NCBI GenBank assembly: GCA_028826165.1
Contig: JAPDFW010000125.1
Location: forward strand, 868,001-932,000
Direction of reading: 5' to 3'
From: Anaeramoeba ignava BMAN
Taxonomy: Eukaryota > Protista > Anaeramoebae
Length of the DNA stretch: 64,000 nt
Shown piece by piece: positions 13,957-28,200 of this stretch (within the stretch, counting starts at the first letter, position 1; each line of letters opens with the position of its first letter). Made by a program: the position numbers and the translations under genes. The notes below the pieces were generated by a model that searched no databases, had not been told where the DNA came from, and saw only the letters and a program-made list of their open reading frames with translations.

Positions 13957-14112
13957 TTAAATGAAATAAGTCTCAAGTTCATCAACAATCCATGATTTAT
14001 AAGAACCAGCTAAATAACTTCTCGCTTCTTTTGCTCCTTTTTGAATTCCATCAGGCATATTGTAACTATAACCAAAATCAGAGCAACCAGGTTGTAAATT
14101 AGAATTCAACCA
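13957..14112 (-). pseudogene. Truncated 3' remnant of a TLDc gene (last ~50 codons)
   Basis: Reads WLNSNLQPGCSDFGYSYNMPDGIQKGAKEARSYLAGSYKSWIVDELETYFI*, paralogous to the end of 11605..12444, including its 3' flank. Upstream it runs directly into an (AAAATT)n tract with no start codon or AG acceptor. Confidence 0.8.
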
Positions 14113-14371
14113 AAATTAAAATCAAAATTAAAATTGAAATTTAAATTAAAATTAAAATTAAAATTAAAATTAAAATTAAAATTAAAATTAAAATTAAAAT
14201 TAAAATTAAAATTAAAATTAAAATTAAAATTGAAATTAAAATTAAAATTAAAATTAAAATTAAAATTAAAATTAAAATTAAAATTAAAATTAAAATTAAA
14301 ATTAAAATTAAAATTAAAATTAAAATCAAAATTAAAATCAAATTCATTTTTTCATTTTTTTCTTTTCAAAA

Positions 14372-16136
14372 ATGAATGAAATTTTATTTTGGGGTGAAAA
14401 TGATCCAATTCTTTTCAAAAATGAAGAAGAAAAAATAAAAAAACCAATTCAATTTAAATTTGAAAATGAAAATGAAAATGAAAATAAAAAACAAATTAAA
14501 CAAATTTCATCAGGAGGTTTCTCAACAATTTTCCTTTTTAAAAATGGAAAAGCAATAGAATATTTATATGAAAACGATTCAAAACAAAATCCTGAAAAAA
14601 TCCAAATTGAAGAAAATATTCAAAAAGTAACTGTTGGTGATGATAATGAAGCTATTTTAACAATAGAAGGAAATGTATTTGCCAAAGGAGAATATATTAA
14701 TCCAAAAAATCCAAAATAAATTTATCAATATTTCATCATTAATTGAAGATACAAATGATAGAATAATTCAAGATATTGTTTCTGGAGATCGTTCAATTTA
14801 TTTATTAACTTCAAATCAAAATGCTTATGGAATTGGTTCAAATAAATATGGTCAACTTTGTTTTGATTCTAAAACACTTAATAACACACAAAAACCAATT
14901 TTAATGATGAAAAATGTTTCTAAAATATTTTCAGGAAATACTTCATTTCATGTTTTTCTTTTAAATTCAAATCAAGAATTATTTGGATGCGGAAATAATA
15001 GAAATGGACAACTTGGATTAGGAAAATCAAGAAAAGAAGAAACAGAAATCCAAAAATTAATCAAAATCCAAAATATTCCAAAAGGCAAAATAATTGATAT
15101 TCAATGTGGAATGTCTCATTCAATAATGTTGATTGAAAATGAAAATGAAAATTCAAAAAGAAAACTTTATTCATGTGGAGATTATGAATATAATGGACTT
15201 GGCAAAAATGAAAATACTTACGAATTTACTGAAATCAAATCATCTTTATTTGAAAATGATGATATTATTGATTTTGATAGTGGAAATAGACATACTTTGA
15301 TTTTAACATCCAATTCAAAATTAATTGGATTTGGAAATAATTTATATGGTGAATTAGGAACTGGAGATACAAAAGATCAATCAATTCCAATTCAAATTAA
15401 ACTTCCTAAATTAAGATTTAATGAAAATATTTCTAATTATCATCTTTCTTGTGGAGATTACAAATCATTTTTTTATTATTTACCTCCTTCTTATTCCAAT
15501 CTTGAAGAAGATTTGATAAAATTATTTAGAAGAAAAGAATTTTGTGATATTTCATTTAAAACAAAAAATGGAGAAATAATCAAAGCTCATAAATTAATAT
15601 TAAAATATAGATTAAATCAAAATCAAAATCAAATTGAAAAACTTCAAGAAATTATTTCAAAAAAATCAATTAAAGAATCAAATCAAATATTTGAAATGAT
15701 TTATTCAAATAATTCCAAAATAAATCCAAAATTATATTCTGAAATCAAAGAAATTATAAATTCAAATGAAAAAATTGAAGAAACAATTAAAAGAATTTAT
15801 TTAAATGAAAATGAAAATGAAAAAGATTTTATAATTGAAAGAAAAGAAAAACAATATAAATTTCCAAAATTAATATTAATAATGAGAAGTGAATTATATC
15901 GAGGAATGTTTTTATCTGTAACAGAAGATACTTCTAATAAAGTTACAGATTATAGTGAATTAAGTGATAAATCATTTCAAATATTTGAATATTGGATTTA
16001 TTCAAATCAAATTAAAGAAGAAATTCAAATTACACAAGAAATAATTAATGAAATTCAAATTGGAATTGATTATTTTCAATTAAATCAAACAAATCCAAAT
16101 TTATTTGATTTATTAATTAATAAATTTAATAATTAA
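14372..16136 (+). CDS. RCC1-repeat + BTB domain protein, copy 3 (intronless; +1 frameshift at ~14713-14716)
   Basis: Two overlapping ORFs (14372..14719 and 14673..16136) together match copies 1 and 2 end to end. Extra A in cca AAA taa a. Confidence 0.8.
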
Positions 16137-16371
16137 AATTAAAATTAAATTTAAAATTAAAATTAAGATTAAAATCAAAATCAAAATTAAAATTAAATTT
16201 AAAATTAAAATTAAAATTAAATTTAAAATTAAAATTAAGATTAAAATCAAAATTAAAATTAAAATTAAAAAATTATTCTTTTGTTTTCCATTTTTCTTTA
16301 AAAAAAACAATTTTATAAAGAAAAATGAAATTTAAATTTTTAAAAGAAAAAGAATTTTTTTAAAAAATATC

Positions 16372-18504
16372 CTATAATAGATAATCTTTATAAACTTCTA
16401 AATATTTTTCATCTTCTTTTTCTTCATTAACATTTGCTTGATCAAATTTTTCAATTTCAGATTTAACAATTTTTTGGAAAAGTTCTTTTTTTTGAAAATT
16501 TGAAGCAGAAGAAATAATATTATCGATATTAAAATAATAATATTTTTTATTAGAACAAGTATCTTCTAGTTTAACTGTTCTCAAAATTTTAAAATGTGCA
16601 AAAATTTGATCAACTGATAAAACTTTAGAAAGAATATTTTGTGAACGATGAAAAATTGCCAAAGTAAAACTTAAAATCGAAATTTCCGGATCATGTTCAA
16701 AAATAAACATATCCCAAAAACGAATTCCAAACCACAAAGCAGAATTTGATAAAAATAAAGAGGGAAGCCAACTTCCCGCTATAAATTCAACTAAAAATCC
16801 AATTTCTTCAAATTTTTTATAAACTTTAGGAAGAAATGCTTGAATTAATTGATTTAAAACTGTTGTTAATTTTCTTAGTCCATAAACATTATTTTTGTAA
16901 ATTTCTATCAATCTATATTCAGACATCACATGATTTAATAACCAAAATGCATCTTCTGTTGAAAGATACAGTAAAAATAAAGCTGCAATAAAAGCCATTC
17001 CTTGAGCATATTGAACATCATTTCGATGTGAAGAAAACGCTAATAAAACTGTTCTTAATTCTTCAATTCTTTTAATTTTGAATTTTAATTTAATTTTTAA
17101 TTTTTAATTTTGAATTTTTGAATTTTAATTTAATTTTTAATTTTGAATTTTAATTTAATTTTTAATTTTTAATTTTAATTACCCTTTTTTGAATTATTTC
17201 AGGAAATGTTCTTGACCATGAAAATATTGAATTTTTCAAGGAAATGTTCTATTTAAATCTTATTTAATTGAAAATTCATGATCTGAAGGCCATTTTATAT
17301 TTAATATTTAAATAATTTTAATATATAATTTTGATTTCCATATTTAAATCAAATATTTAATATTTAATTTAATATTCGATATTTAATATTTAATATATTT
17401 AATATTTAATATTTAATATATAATTCTAATATTTAATATTTAATATTTAATATCTAATATTTAATATTTAAATCAATTTATTTAATATTTAATATTTAAT
17501 ATTTAATATTTAATATTTAATATTTAATATTTAATATTTAGTATTTAATATTTAATATTTAATATTTAATATTTAATATTTAAATCAATTTATTTAATAT
17601 TTAATATTTATTTATTTAATATTTAATATTTAATATTTAAATCAATTTATTTAATATTTAATATATATATTTAATTTAAATATTTAATAAATCGATTTTC
17701 ACTTCAAATAATTCAGGACTTTTCTCTTTAGCAATAACAGCACCAGAAATATTCATCCAAATTTTCCCTCTTAAAGAAGAAGGAACACCTTTTCTTGCCA
17801 ATACTTTCAATTTCTCTAAATTTCCTTGAATAATACTTAATGGTTGATTAACAATATTACTCCATTTTTTCATAACTTTTTTTTTCTCTTCTTCTGGTTT
17901 TACAATTCCATCGACTTCAATAAGTCTTTTTTCAACTTGAATTCTTTTAAGATGTTTTTCACGTGATTTATCAATTGCATCAACCCAAATATTTCTTTCT
18001 TCCTCAGTTTTTTGCTTCCAATGTATAAACACGAGTTGGGATTCGAACAAAAAATCTTGTGTTTATTTCTTTATTTTGTTCAACTTCTGATTTTGTTAAA
18101 TCAATTACTCCTCTTGGTGTGCAATCCTTAATATATTTTTGTTTTTCATTCCATTTGATTTTTTTTTGTTTATTTTTTTAATTTCATTTTTCAACTTGAT
18201 TTTTTTTTTTAAAATTTTTTTTTTACTTCTTTTGCAACAAAATATAAAAGTACTCCATCATTTAAAACAAAAAATCGACTTTTAAAAATATTTTAAATTT
18301 AATTTTCAATTTAATTTTCAATTTAATTTTCAATTTAAATTTTAATTTAATTTTCAGTTAAATTTTTTCAATTTAATTTTTCTTTTACTTTTTCCAATTC
18401 TTTACAACTCCTCCTAATTTGGTTAAAAAACCAGTTTTTTCATTTTCTAAATCTTTTGCTTGTTTTTGAGATTGATTATTATTATTATTATTTTTTGGAT
18501 TCAT
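16372..18504 (-). CDS. PH domain + TBC (Rab-GAP) domain protein, multi-exon
   Basis: Exon 1 from ATG 18504 reads KTGFLTKLGGVVKNWK|RFFVL...RGVIDL...EEERNIWVDAI (PH). Then RKGVPSSLRGKIW, DLNRTFP (garbled exon ~17182-17292) and YAQGMAFIAALFLL...EDAFWLL (TBC). Frameshift at ~18010. Confidence 0.8.
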
Positions 18505-18709
18505 TTATCTCATCAAAAAAAATGAAAAAATGAAAAAATGAAAAAATGAAAAAAAATTTTAATTTTGTTTTTGTTTTCTGGTAAATTTTATTAGAAAATT
18601 TAAATGAAAATTATTAAATTGAAAAAAGTAAAAGTAAAAGTAAAATAAAGAAAGAAAGAAATGATTATTATTTTCAAAAATACAAAATTGCCAAGTCATT
18701 AAATTTTTT

Positions 18710-19148
18710 GTTGAATAAATGTTTTTTGTTTAATAAATGTTTTTGTTGAATAAATGTTTTTTTATTGCTAAATGTTTTTGTTGAATAAATGTTTTTGTTT
18801 AAATAAATGTTTGTTAAATAAATGTTTGTTTTTATTGAATGTTTTTTGTTGAATATTTGTTGAATATTTTTTGTTGAATAAATGTTTTTGTTTAATAAAT
18901 GTTTTTTTTTAATAAATGTTTTTGTTGAATAAATGTTTTTGTTTAATAAATGTTTTTTTATTGCTAAATGTTTTTGTTGAATAAATGTTTTTTGTTTAAT
19001 AAATGTTTTTGTTGAATAAATGTTTTTTGTTGAATAAATGTTTTTTGTTGAATAAATGTTTTTTTAAATAAATGTTTTTTTAAATAAATGTTTTTTAAAT
19101 AAATGTTTGTTTAAATAAATGTTTGTTTTTGTAAATGTTTTTTTATTG
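18710..19148. repeat. Intergenic minisatellite, unit ~aataaatgtttttgttg
   Basis: Visible tandem iterations of aataaatgttttt(t)gttg/ttta. Confidence 0.85.
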
Positions 19149-19398
19149 CTAAATGTTTTCATCCATATTTTCAGTTGATGACGTTTTTATTTCATGTTTA
19201 GGAAAGAAATCAATAGGAGTTGAATGGAAATAACGAATTGCAACCAACATTAAAAAAAGAATTACACACTTTTTTTTTGTAATTAAAATTTAATAATTTT
19301 TGTTTTATTTTATTTAATTTTTTGTTTACAATTAAAGCTGCAATAATTGAACGTTTAACACAATTTGTTCGATTTCTTCGATTTTCAAAAAAAAGCAT
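19149..19398 (-). CDS. Putative 62-aa single-pass membrane microprotein (2 exons)
   Basis: Exon 19398-19330, then a 61-nt GT-AG intron, then exon 19268-19149. Product: MLFFENRRNRTNCVKRSIIAALI|CVILFLMLVAIRYFHSTPIDFFPKHEIKTSSTENMDENI*. Splicing completes one hydrophobic helix after a basic N-terminus. Confidence 0.5.
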
Positions 19399-19663
19399 TT
19401 TAAATTTTTAATAAAAAAGAAAAGAAATCAAAGAAAACAAATGATGTTTTTATTGTTTTAAAAAAAAAAAGGAAAAAATGAAAAACAAAATTTTTTTTAA
19501 ATTAAAAATTTTTAAATAAAAAAAGGAGAAAAAATTTTTTTTCATTTTTTTTCTTCATTTCAATTTTCCTTTTTTTTTTTCAAAACAAAACCAAAAACAA
19601 AACAAAACAAAAAACAAAAACAAAATTAAATATAAAATAAATTAAACAAAAATAAAAAAGAAA

Positions 19664-22031
19664 ATGTCAATTATAAAGTTTATTCTTTTTACAAGTTTTC
19701 TTTTTTTAACTTTTTCAATGAAATTAGATTCAGATTTTAAAAAGGATGCACATTGGACATTTTATACTAAGTTTTGTTTTGATAAAAGTTCAACACGTTA
19801 AGTTTAAAATTCTTTTATTTTTAACAAAAAAAAAATTTTAATTTTTTATTATTATTTTTATTTTTTAGATTATGGAAATTTTACTTGGGATGTTGTTGTT
19901 AACCATGATGCTTATCAATGGGCATTTTATGATGATAATTCTAACTCTTGGCCTGCAGTAAGCTTACAAATCCTTTTCTCCATTTTCATTTAATTTCAAT
20001 TTTAATTCTCAATTTTTAATTTAAATTTTAATTTTAATTTTAATTTTAATTTTAATTTTAATTTTAAGTTTTAATTTTAATTTTAATTTTAATTTTAATT
20101 TTAATTTTAATTTTAATTTTAATTTTAATTTTAATTTTAATTTTAATTTTAATTTTAATTTTAATTTTGATTTTATAAATGAATTTAATTTTAATTTTAA
20201 TTTTAATTTTAATTTTAATTTTAATTTTAATTTTAATTATAATTTTAATTTTAATTTTAATTTAATTTCAATTTAATTTTTAATTTTAATTTTATAAATA
20301 ATTTTTTTAAATGAATTTTAATTTTAATTTTAAATGAATTTTAATTTTAATTTTAATTTTATAAATGAATTTTAATTTTAATTTTAATTTTAATTTTGAT
20401 TTTAATTTTAATTTTAATTTTAATTTTAATTTTCAATTTTAATTTTAATTTTAATTTTAATTTTAATTTTAATTTTAATTTTAATTTTTATAAATTTTGA
20501 AATTTAATTTATTTATCTAGGTTTATGATTCAAATGAAAATTGTAACACTAAAGTATCTAAAGCACTTGCAACATCTTATATTGATACATTTATTCCAGG
20601 ATATTATGAATTTTTTGATCAATCAAGACCAAGATTTTGGTATTTTGCACTTGCTAATTGTCAAAACGATCAGCTCGATATGACTTATGTTGATATTCAT
20701 ATTTGGAATCCAGAAGCCTCAAAATGGAATAAAGAATTTTCTTGCAATGAACAAGGTTTTTATCGAATACTAAAAACAATTTAATCAAAAATCATATAAT
20801 TTGTTTTTATTTAAAATTTTTTTTTTTGATTTTAAAAGGATTGGTTGCTTTGTTTTTAGTTTTTATGATATTTTTCTTGATTCTATTGATCATCTATTCT
20901 ATTGCAGCTATAAAAATTTATAAAAAAGATAGTTTGCATGCTGTATAATTTTATATTTATTTAAAAAACCAATTTTTATTATTAAAATTTACTTATTTTT
21001 TTTATAAATCATTTTTTTTTAAGTTGGCTCGTTTATTTTTATTGACTATTTATCTTCAAACACTTGGTTTAATTGCTATTTTTGCTCATTTTGCTGCATA
21101 TGCAAAAGATGGAAAAGGATCTTTTGGACTTAGAGTAATTTAAAATTTTTAAATTTTTAATTCTAATTTTTTAAATTTTATTTTTTAATTTTTTGATTTT
21201 TTAGGTTTTTGGAGAACGTAATTATTTCTTTATTCCAAAAAATATTTTTTATATTTTTTATATTTTTACATGAAAACAAAGAAAATATTTTAAAAAAAAT
21301 TTTTAAAAAAAATTCTTATTTACATGAAAATAAAATTAAAACTTCATTTTAGTTCTTGAAGTTGTTTCCGCAGTTCTCCTCATGTTTTTTGTTTTATTAG
21401 TTGCTAAAGGATGGTTGATTTCAAGAAATTTCATTACACGCAAAAAAATATTATTTGGAGTTATTGTTGTTCTTTTATTACTTTACATAGCAATGCATAT
21501 TGTTGGTTATGCAACAATGAATAGAGCAACAACTACTTATATTTGGGAGACTGTACCTGGAATTATTATTCTTTGTTTCCGAGTTTTAATTATGATTTGG
21601 TTCATTTTTGAAATTATTCGAACTTTTAAATTTGAAGAAGATCCTGATAAAAAGCGTTTTTATAAATTGTTCGGCTTTATTTTTTCAGTTTGGTTTCTTT
21701 GTCTTCCTGTTATTGTTATTATTGCTTCAATAATTTCTGCAACTTATAGAGAAAAAGTAATTTAATTTATAATTTAAAATTTATAATTTATTTATAATTT
21801 TATTTCTTTTTTCATGTTATTGGAAATTTATTTATAATTTTATTTTTTATTTTTTAAAAGACCGCAACAGCTTTAATTCTTGTTTTTGAAATGGTTTTTT
21901 ATTCTATCTTGATTTATTTAATGTGGCCTTCAAGAACAGATAAATTTTTCAAAATTAGACTTTATGGAACTGAAGAAACAATGACTCTTTCTTCAAATCA
22001 AACAGCAGAAAGAGCTTTTGATGAATTATGA
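19664..22031 (+). CDS. TMEM145/GPR180-like (intimal-thickness-related receptor, GOST family) 7-TM protein, multi-exon
   Basis: Signal peptide; family motifs WTFYTKFCF, RPRFWYFALANC, EFSCNEQG, HFAAYAKDGKG, LLVAKGW, YREK, LMWPSR. Includes a 13-nt exon at 21205-21217. Confidence 0.8.
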
Positions 22032-22269
22032 TTTAATTCTCAATTTCATTTTCTTTTATTTCCTTACAATTTAAATTCATTCCAAATTAATTCTAAAAAG
22101 AAAGAAAAAGAAAATTTTTTTTCATTCATTTTTTTTTTTTTTTGATTTTGGTTTTAATTTACTTTTTCAAATAAAGTTTGGAACAGAAAATAAAAGTTCC
22201 ATTTCTAAAAAATTTGATCAAAGAAAAATTTTTCATTTTTTTTTCATTTTTTTCATTTTTCTTTTTACT

Positions 22270-25108
22270 ATGTCAGTTAAAGAAACTGAATATTATGATA
22301 TTTTAGGTGTTTTACCAAAAGCAAGTGAAGTAAGTAAACAATTTAAAAAAGAAAAAAGAAAAAAGAAAAAAAAAAAGAAAAAAATTTATTATAATTTATT
22401 TATAAAATTAAGAATTCTATTAAAAGAGCTTATAGAAAACTTGCATTAAAATATCATCCTGATAGAAATCCAATTGGAAGTGAGATGGTAATTTTAATTT
22501 ATAAAGGATATATTTTTTTTCCAATTTAAAATTCAACTTGTTAAAAAATTTATAATAAAAAATTCAAGTTTAAAAAAGTTGCAAAAGCTTATGAAATTTT
22601 AAGTAATCCAGAAACAAGAAAAAAATATGATAAATATGGAAAGAAAAAAGTTGAATTTAAAGTTGATCCTCATAGAGTTTTTTCTTCATTTTTTGGAGTT
22701 ACTGGTTTTGATGGATTATGTTTGCTTTTATAATTAAATTCCAAAACCAAATTCAAATTCAAAACAAAATCAAATTTAAAATCAAAATCAAATTCAAATT
22801 CAAATTCAAATTCAAAATTCAAAATTCAAATTCAAATTCCAAATTCAAATTCCAAATTCAAAATCAAAACCAAATTCAAATTCAAATTCCAAATTCAAAT
22901 TCAAAATCAAATTCAAAATCAAAATCAAAATCAAAATAAAAATCAAAATCAAAATCAAAATCAAAATAAAAATCAAAATCAAATTCAATATAAAAATGAA
23001 ATTCAAATTTAAATTCAAAATCAAAATTCAAATTCAAATTCTAAATCAAAATCAAATTCAAATTCAAATTCAAAATTCAAATTCAAAATCAAATTCAAAA
23101 TCAAAATTCAAATTCAAATTCAAATTCAAAATCAAATTCAAATTCAAAATTCAAAATCAAATTCAAATTCAAATTTAAATTCAAATTTAAATTCAAATTT
23201 AAATTCAAATTCAAATTCAAATTCAAATTCAAATTCAAATTCAAATTCAAATTCAAAATTAAAATCAAAATCAATATAAAAATTCAAATTCAAAATCAAA
23301 ATCAAAATCAAATTCAAATTCAAATTCAAATTCAAATTCAAAACTCAAATTTAAATTCAAATTCAAATTCAAAATCAAATTCAAATTCAAATTCAAATTC
23401 AAATTCAAATTCAAATTCAAAATCAAATTCAAATTCAAAATCAAAATTCAAATTCAAAATCAAAATCAAATTCAAATTCAAATTCAAATTCAAAATCAAA
23501 TTCAAAATCAAATTCAAAATTAAAAATCAAAATCAAATTCAAATTCAAATTCAAAATCAAATTCAAATTCAAAATCAAAATCAAATTCAAAACAAAAAAT
23601 CAAAATCAAAACCAAAATCAAAATTCAAATTCAAATTCAAAATCAAATTCAAATTCAAATTTAAATTCAAATTCAAAATCAAATTCAAAATCAAATTCAA
23701 ATTCAAATTCAAATTCAAATTCAAAATTAAAATCAAAATCAAATTCTAAATCAAAATTCAAAATCAAAATTCAAATTCAAAAATCAATATAAAAATCAAT
23801 ATAAAAATCAATATAAAAATCAATATAAAAATCAATATAAAAATTTAAAATATTTTAGCTAAAAATAATCAACTTGAATCAAGAACAATAAGAGGAGAGG
23901 ATCTTATACATTATTTTCTTGTTTCTTTAGAAGATTTATATAAAGGGAAAAGAACACAAATTTCTATTAAGCGTAAAATAATTTGTGATGTTTGTGATGG
24001 GTTAGTTTGCATTTTAAATTATTATTTAAATTAAATTAATTTTTTTATTGATTTAAAATAATATTTAAATAATAGAAAAGGAACTGATAAAGAAAATGCT
24101 ATTCAAACTTGTGAAACTTGTGCGGGAAGAGGTGTTATTTTAGTTTCAAGGCAATTTGGTCAAGGAATAGTTGAACAATTTAGTGAAAGATGTCATGCTT
24201 GTAATGGAAAAGGTACAACAGTTCTAAAAGGTTTTGAATGTGAAAAATGTAAAGGAAAAAAAGTTATTGCTCAAGAAAAAGTATTGGATGTTTTCATTGA
24301 AAGAGGAATGAAAGAAGGTGAAAAAATTATATTTCAAGGAGAAGGTGATCAATATGTAAGTTTAATTTTTCATTTTTTAAAAAAAAAAATTTTCCCTAAA
24401 AGTAAAAAATTTTTTTTCCCTCATTTTAAAAAAAAACAAAACAATAAAAAAACCGTTTTTTTTTTTTAATTTTTTTCTTTCAAATCTTTCCTTAAAAAAG
24501 CCTGGTGTAATTCCTGGTGATATTATAGTTATTATCCAAGAAAAACCTCATCCAATTTTTAAAAGAAGTGGAACTGATCTTTTTATTAGAAAACAAATTA
24601 CTTTAGTTGAAGCACTTTGTGGATTTAAAATATCAATTGATCATTTAGATCAAAGAAGATTAGTTGTTAAATCAGTAAAAGGTGATGTAATTTCACCAGG
24701 AGATATAAGAGGGGTTTTAGGACAAGGAATGCCTTTAAGGGAAAATAACTTGCAATTTGGAAGATTATTTATTCGATTTTCAGTTAAATTTCCTGAGAAA
24801 GGATGGATTGATTCAACTAAACAATCTGTAATAAATAAAAAGAATTTTTCATTTTAAAAAAAAAAAATTTAAAATTTAAAATTTTCCTTCCTTTTTTCTT
24901 TTTTCTTTTTTCTTTTTTCTTTAAGTCTTTAATTAAATTACTTCCTAAACCTCAAGAACCAAATGATTTTGAAGATCAACCATTAAGAGTTGAATTTGGA
25001 AAAGCTATTGAAATTGATGTAAATGAAAAATCTACAAATCAAAAAGATCTTGAAAAGATTTCTCAAATGAAAGAAAATGAAGAACATGGAGCTTGTGAAC
25101 AATTTTAA
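22270..25108 (+). CDS. DNAJA: Type I Hsp40/DnaJA co-chaperone, multi-exon
   Basis: J domain (VKETEYYDILGV...AYRKLALKYHPDRN), four CxxCxGxG repeats, C-terminal domain (ITLVEALCGF...GQGMP), ending in CaaX-like CEQF*. Confidence 0.9.
22740..23850. repeat. Intronic (AAATTC/AAAATC)n microsatellite
   Basis: Fills a DnaJA intron. Confidence 0.9.
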
Positions 25109-25231
25109 TTTTTCAAAATGAGAACAAAAATAAATTCCACTTTTTTTTTTTTTAATCCAATTTTCCCAAAAAAAAAAAAATTCTTTTTTTTTAAAATTTA
25201 AAATGATTAAAAAAAGTGGAAAATAAATTAA

Positions 25232-28200
25232 TTAATTTTCTTTCTTTTCTTCTTGATTATTGTTATTGTTATTGTTATTGTTATTGTCTTCTTTTGGATT
25301 TAATTTCTTTAATTCTTCATTTTCTTTTGTTAATTCTTCAATTTTTAATTTTTGTTGATTTACTTTAGTTGTTAAACTTTTATTAAGTGATTTCATTAAA
25401 CCAATTTCAAATATATGTTGATTTTCTGTTTTAACTGCTTCATTTTTTAAATCTTCAATTTGTTCTTGTAATTCTTTAAGTTGATCTTCTAAATTTTTGA
25501 TTCTTGGATTTTCAACTTGATTTTCAACTTCAAGTTCATTTTCTTCAATTGATTTCGTTTGATTTCTTGAATTTGAAGAAAGATCAAATTTTGGAGAATT
25601 TGCAGGTGAAACAAGTGTTCTAGCTTGATTTATAATAGAACGAACATCTAAAACAGGTTTTTTATTTTCAATTCTAAAAGGGTACTTTTTAAAGAAAATC
25701 ATTTTAAAAATTAAAATTAAAATTCATTTAAAAATTGAAATTAATATTAATATTATAATTAAATTCCATTTTGAAATTATTGTTAATACTGATTTTTCTT
25801 CGCTATTTTCTTGCTTCCAAACATAATCTTTGAAAAGAGAAGTTTGACAAAAATCAAAAACAAATTCTTCTTTTTTAGAAGGAAATTTCTTTTCTTTAAC
25901 ACTAAATAAGAAAATTTCTGTAAATTTTCTAAATTGATTTCTAACCCATTTTTCATCAACACTTTCTTCTTCAATTTTTTGGATCATTTCTTGAATAAAA
26001 ACTTTATCATCAGAATTTAATTTAATTTCTGAAAAATTATTATGAGATTGAATAACTTTTCCTTGTTTAAAAGAAACAAGAAAATCCCATAAATCTGTTT
26101 TTTCTTCCAAAATAAAATTAGAAGTTCCAGCAATAAAAGTGTTTTTTTTAATTGGAGAAATATCAGTTAAAGAAAAATAAGGAATTAAAAATTTTCTAAG
26201 TCCTTTGATTGGTAAAATTAAAGAAGGAGTAGAAATAACAGATGAACCAACAATATTTGCTTGATCTGCAACAAAAATCACACGTGATTCAAGAAGAATA
26301 GCATGCCATATTATCATCACATCTTCTTTAAAACTCTTTATAAGTCGAATAAGTGATGATCCTAAAATTTCATCATCTTGTAAAATTGGTAAACTAACTG
26401 GAAAGCTTTGTCCCCATATTTTTACACTTTGTTTCTTAAATAACATCGAATTTAATGATGAATGCAATGTTTTTAATGAATTAATGCTTTTTGTTTTCAA
26501 ATAATCATCTAATCCTCCTCGTAAAAATGGTAAAAATAATGTAAAATATGGATAATAACTTAGTAATAATATTGATATTTGTATCGCTCCTCTTGTTGTT
26601 TCTTTTGATGGAATTGATTTAAAGTAAGCTAATCCATACAGAAATGGTTCTTTTTCATTTTTGAATTCTATTTTAAATAAATATTAAAATTAAATATTAA
26701 AATAAATATTAAAATAAATATTAAAATAAATATTGAATTAAATATTAAAATATTTAAATAAATATTAAAATAAATATTGAATTAAATATTAAATTAAATA
26801 TTAAAATAAATATTAAAATAAATATTAAAATAAATATTAAAATAAATATTAAAATAAATATTAAAATAAATATTAAAATAAATATTAAAATAAATATTTA
26901 AATAAATATTAAAATAAATATTAAAATAAATATTGAAATAAATATTAAATTAAATATTAAATTAAATAAAAATTAAAATTAAAATAAATAAAAAAAAATA
27001 AATATTAAAATTAAATATTTAATTAAATATTAAAATAAATATTAAAAATAAATAAAAAAATAAAATTAAAATAAATATTAAAATAAAAATAATAAAAAAA
27101 TAAATATTAAAAATAAATATTAAAAATAAATATTAAAAATAAATATTAAATTAAATATTAAATATTAAAATAAATATTAAAATAAAATATAAAAACAAAA
27201 TTGAAATAAAATTGAAATAAATAATATAAAAATAAATAAATTTAAATAAATAATTAACATTTAATTAAAATTAAAATTAAATATTAAAAATAAATATAAA
27301 AAATAAAATTAAAATAAAAATATTAAATAAACATTAAATATTAAAATATTAAAATAAAATTAAAATTAAAATAAATAAAAATAAAATTAAAAAAAAATTA
27401 AAATTAAATAAAATTAAAATATTAAAAAAAATATTAAAAATAAAATATTAAAAAAAATATAAAAATAAATATTAAAAAAAAAAACATTAAAAAAAAAATA
27501 AAATAAATATTAAAAATAAAATTAAAATAAATATTAAAATAAATATTAAAATAAATATTAAAAAAAAAAAAAATAAATAAAAATAAAATAAAAAAAATTA
27601 AAATTAAATAAATATTAAAATAAATATTAAAATAAATATTTAAAACAAATATTAAAATAAATATTAAAATAAAATAAAACAAATATTAAAATAAATATTA
27701 AAATAAAAATATTAAAACAAATATTAAAAAAATAAATATTAAAATAAATATTAAAAATAAAATAAAATTAAATAAATAAAAAAAAATAAATATTAAAAAT
27801 AAAAAAATTAAAATTAAAATTAAAAAAATTAAATATTAAAAATAAGCTTATTAAAAATAAAATTAAATTAAATTAAATATTAAAATAAAATATTAAAATT
27901 TAAATATTAAAATTGTTCAAATATTAAAAATAAATAATAAAAATAAATATAAAAATAAAAATAAATAAAAATAAAATAAAATTAAATATTAAAATAAATA
28001 TTAAAATAAATATTAAAATTAAATATTAAAATAAATATTAAAATAAATATTAAAATAAATATTAAAATAAAATTTAATAAAATAAATATTAAAATATTAA
28101 AATTAAAATTAATAAAATAAATATTGAATTAAATATTAAAAATCATTTAAAATAAATATTAAATAAATATTAAAATAAATATTAAAATAAATATTAAATT

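Noticed and set aside
19165-19230. Second C/D snoRNA (tttcagTTGATGA on the + strand)
   Set aside because: No CTGA box D or closing stem; the region is better explained as minus-strand coding sequence.
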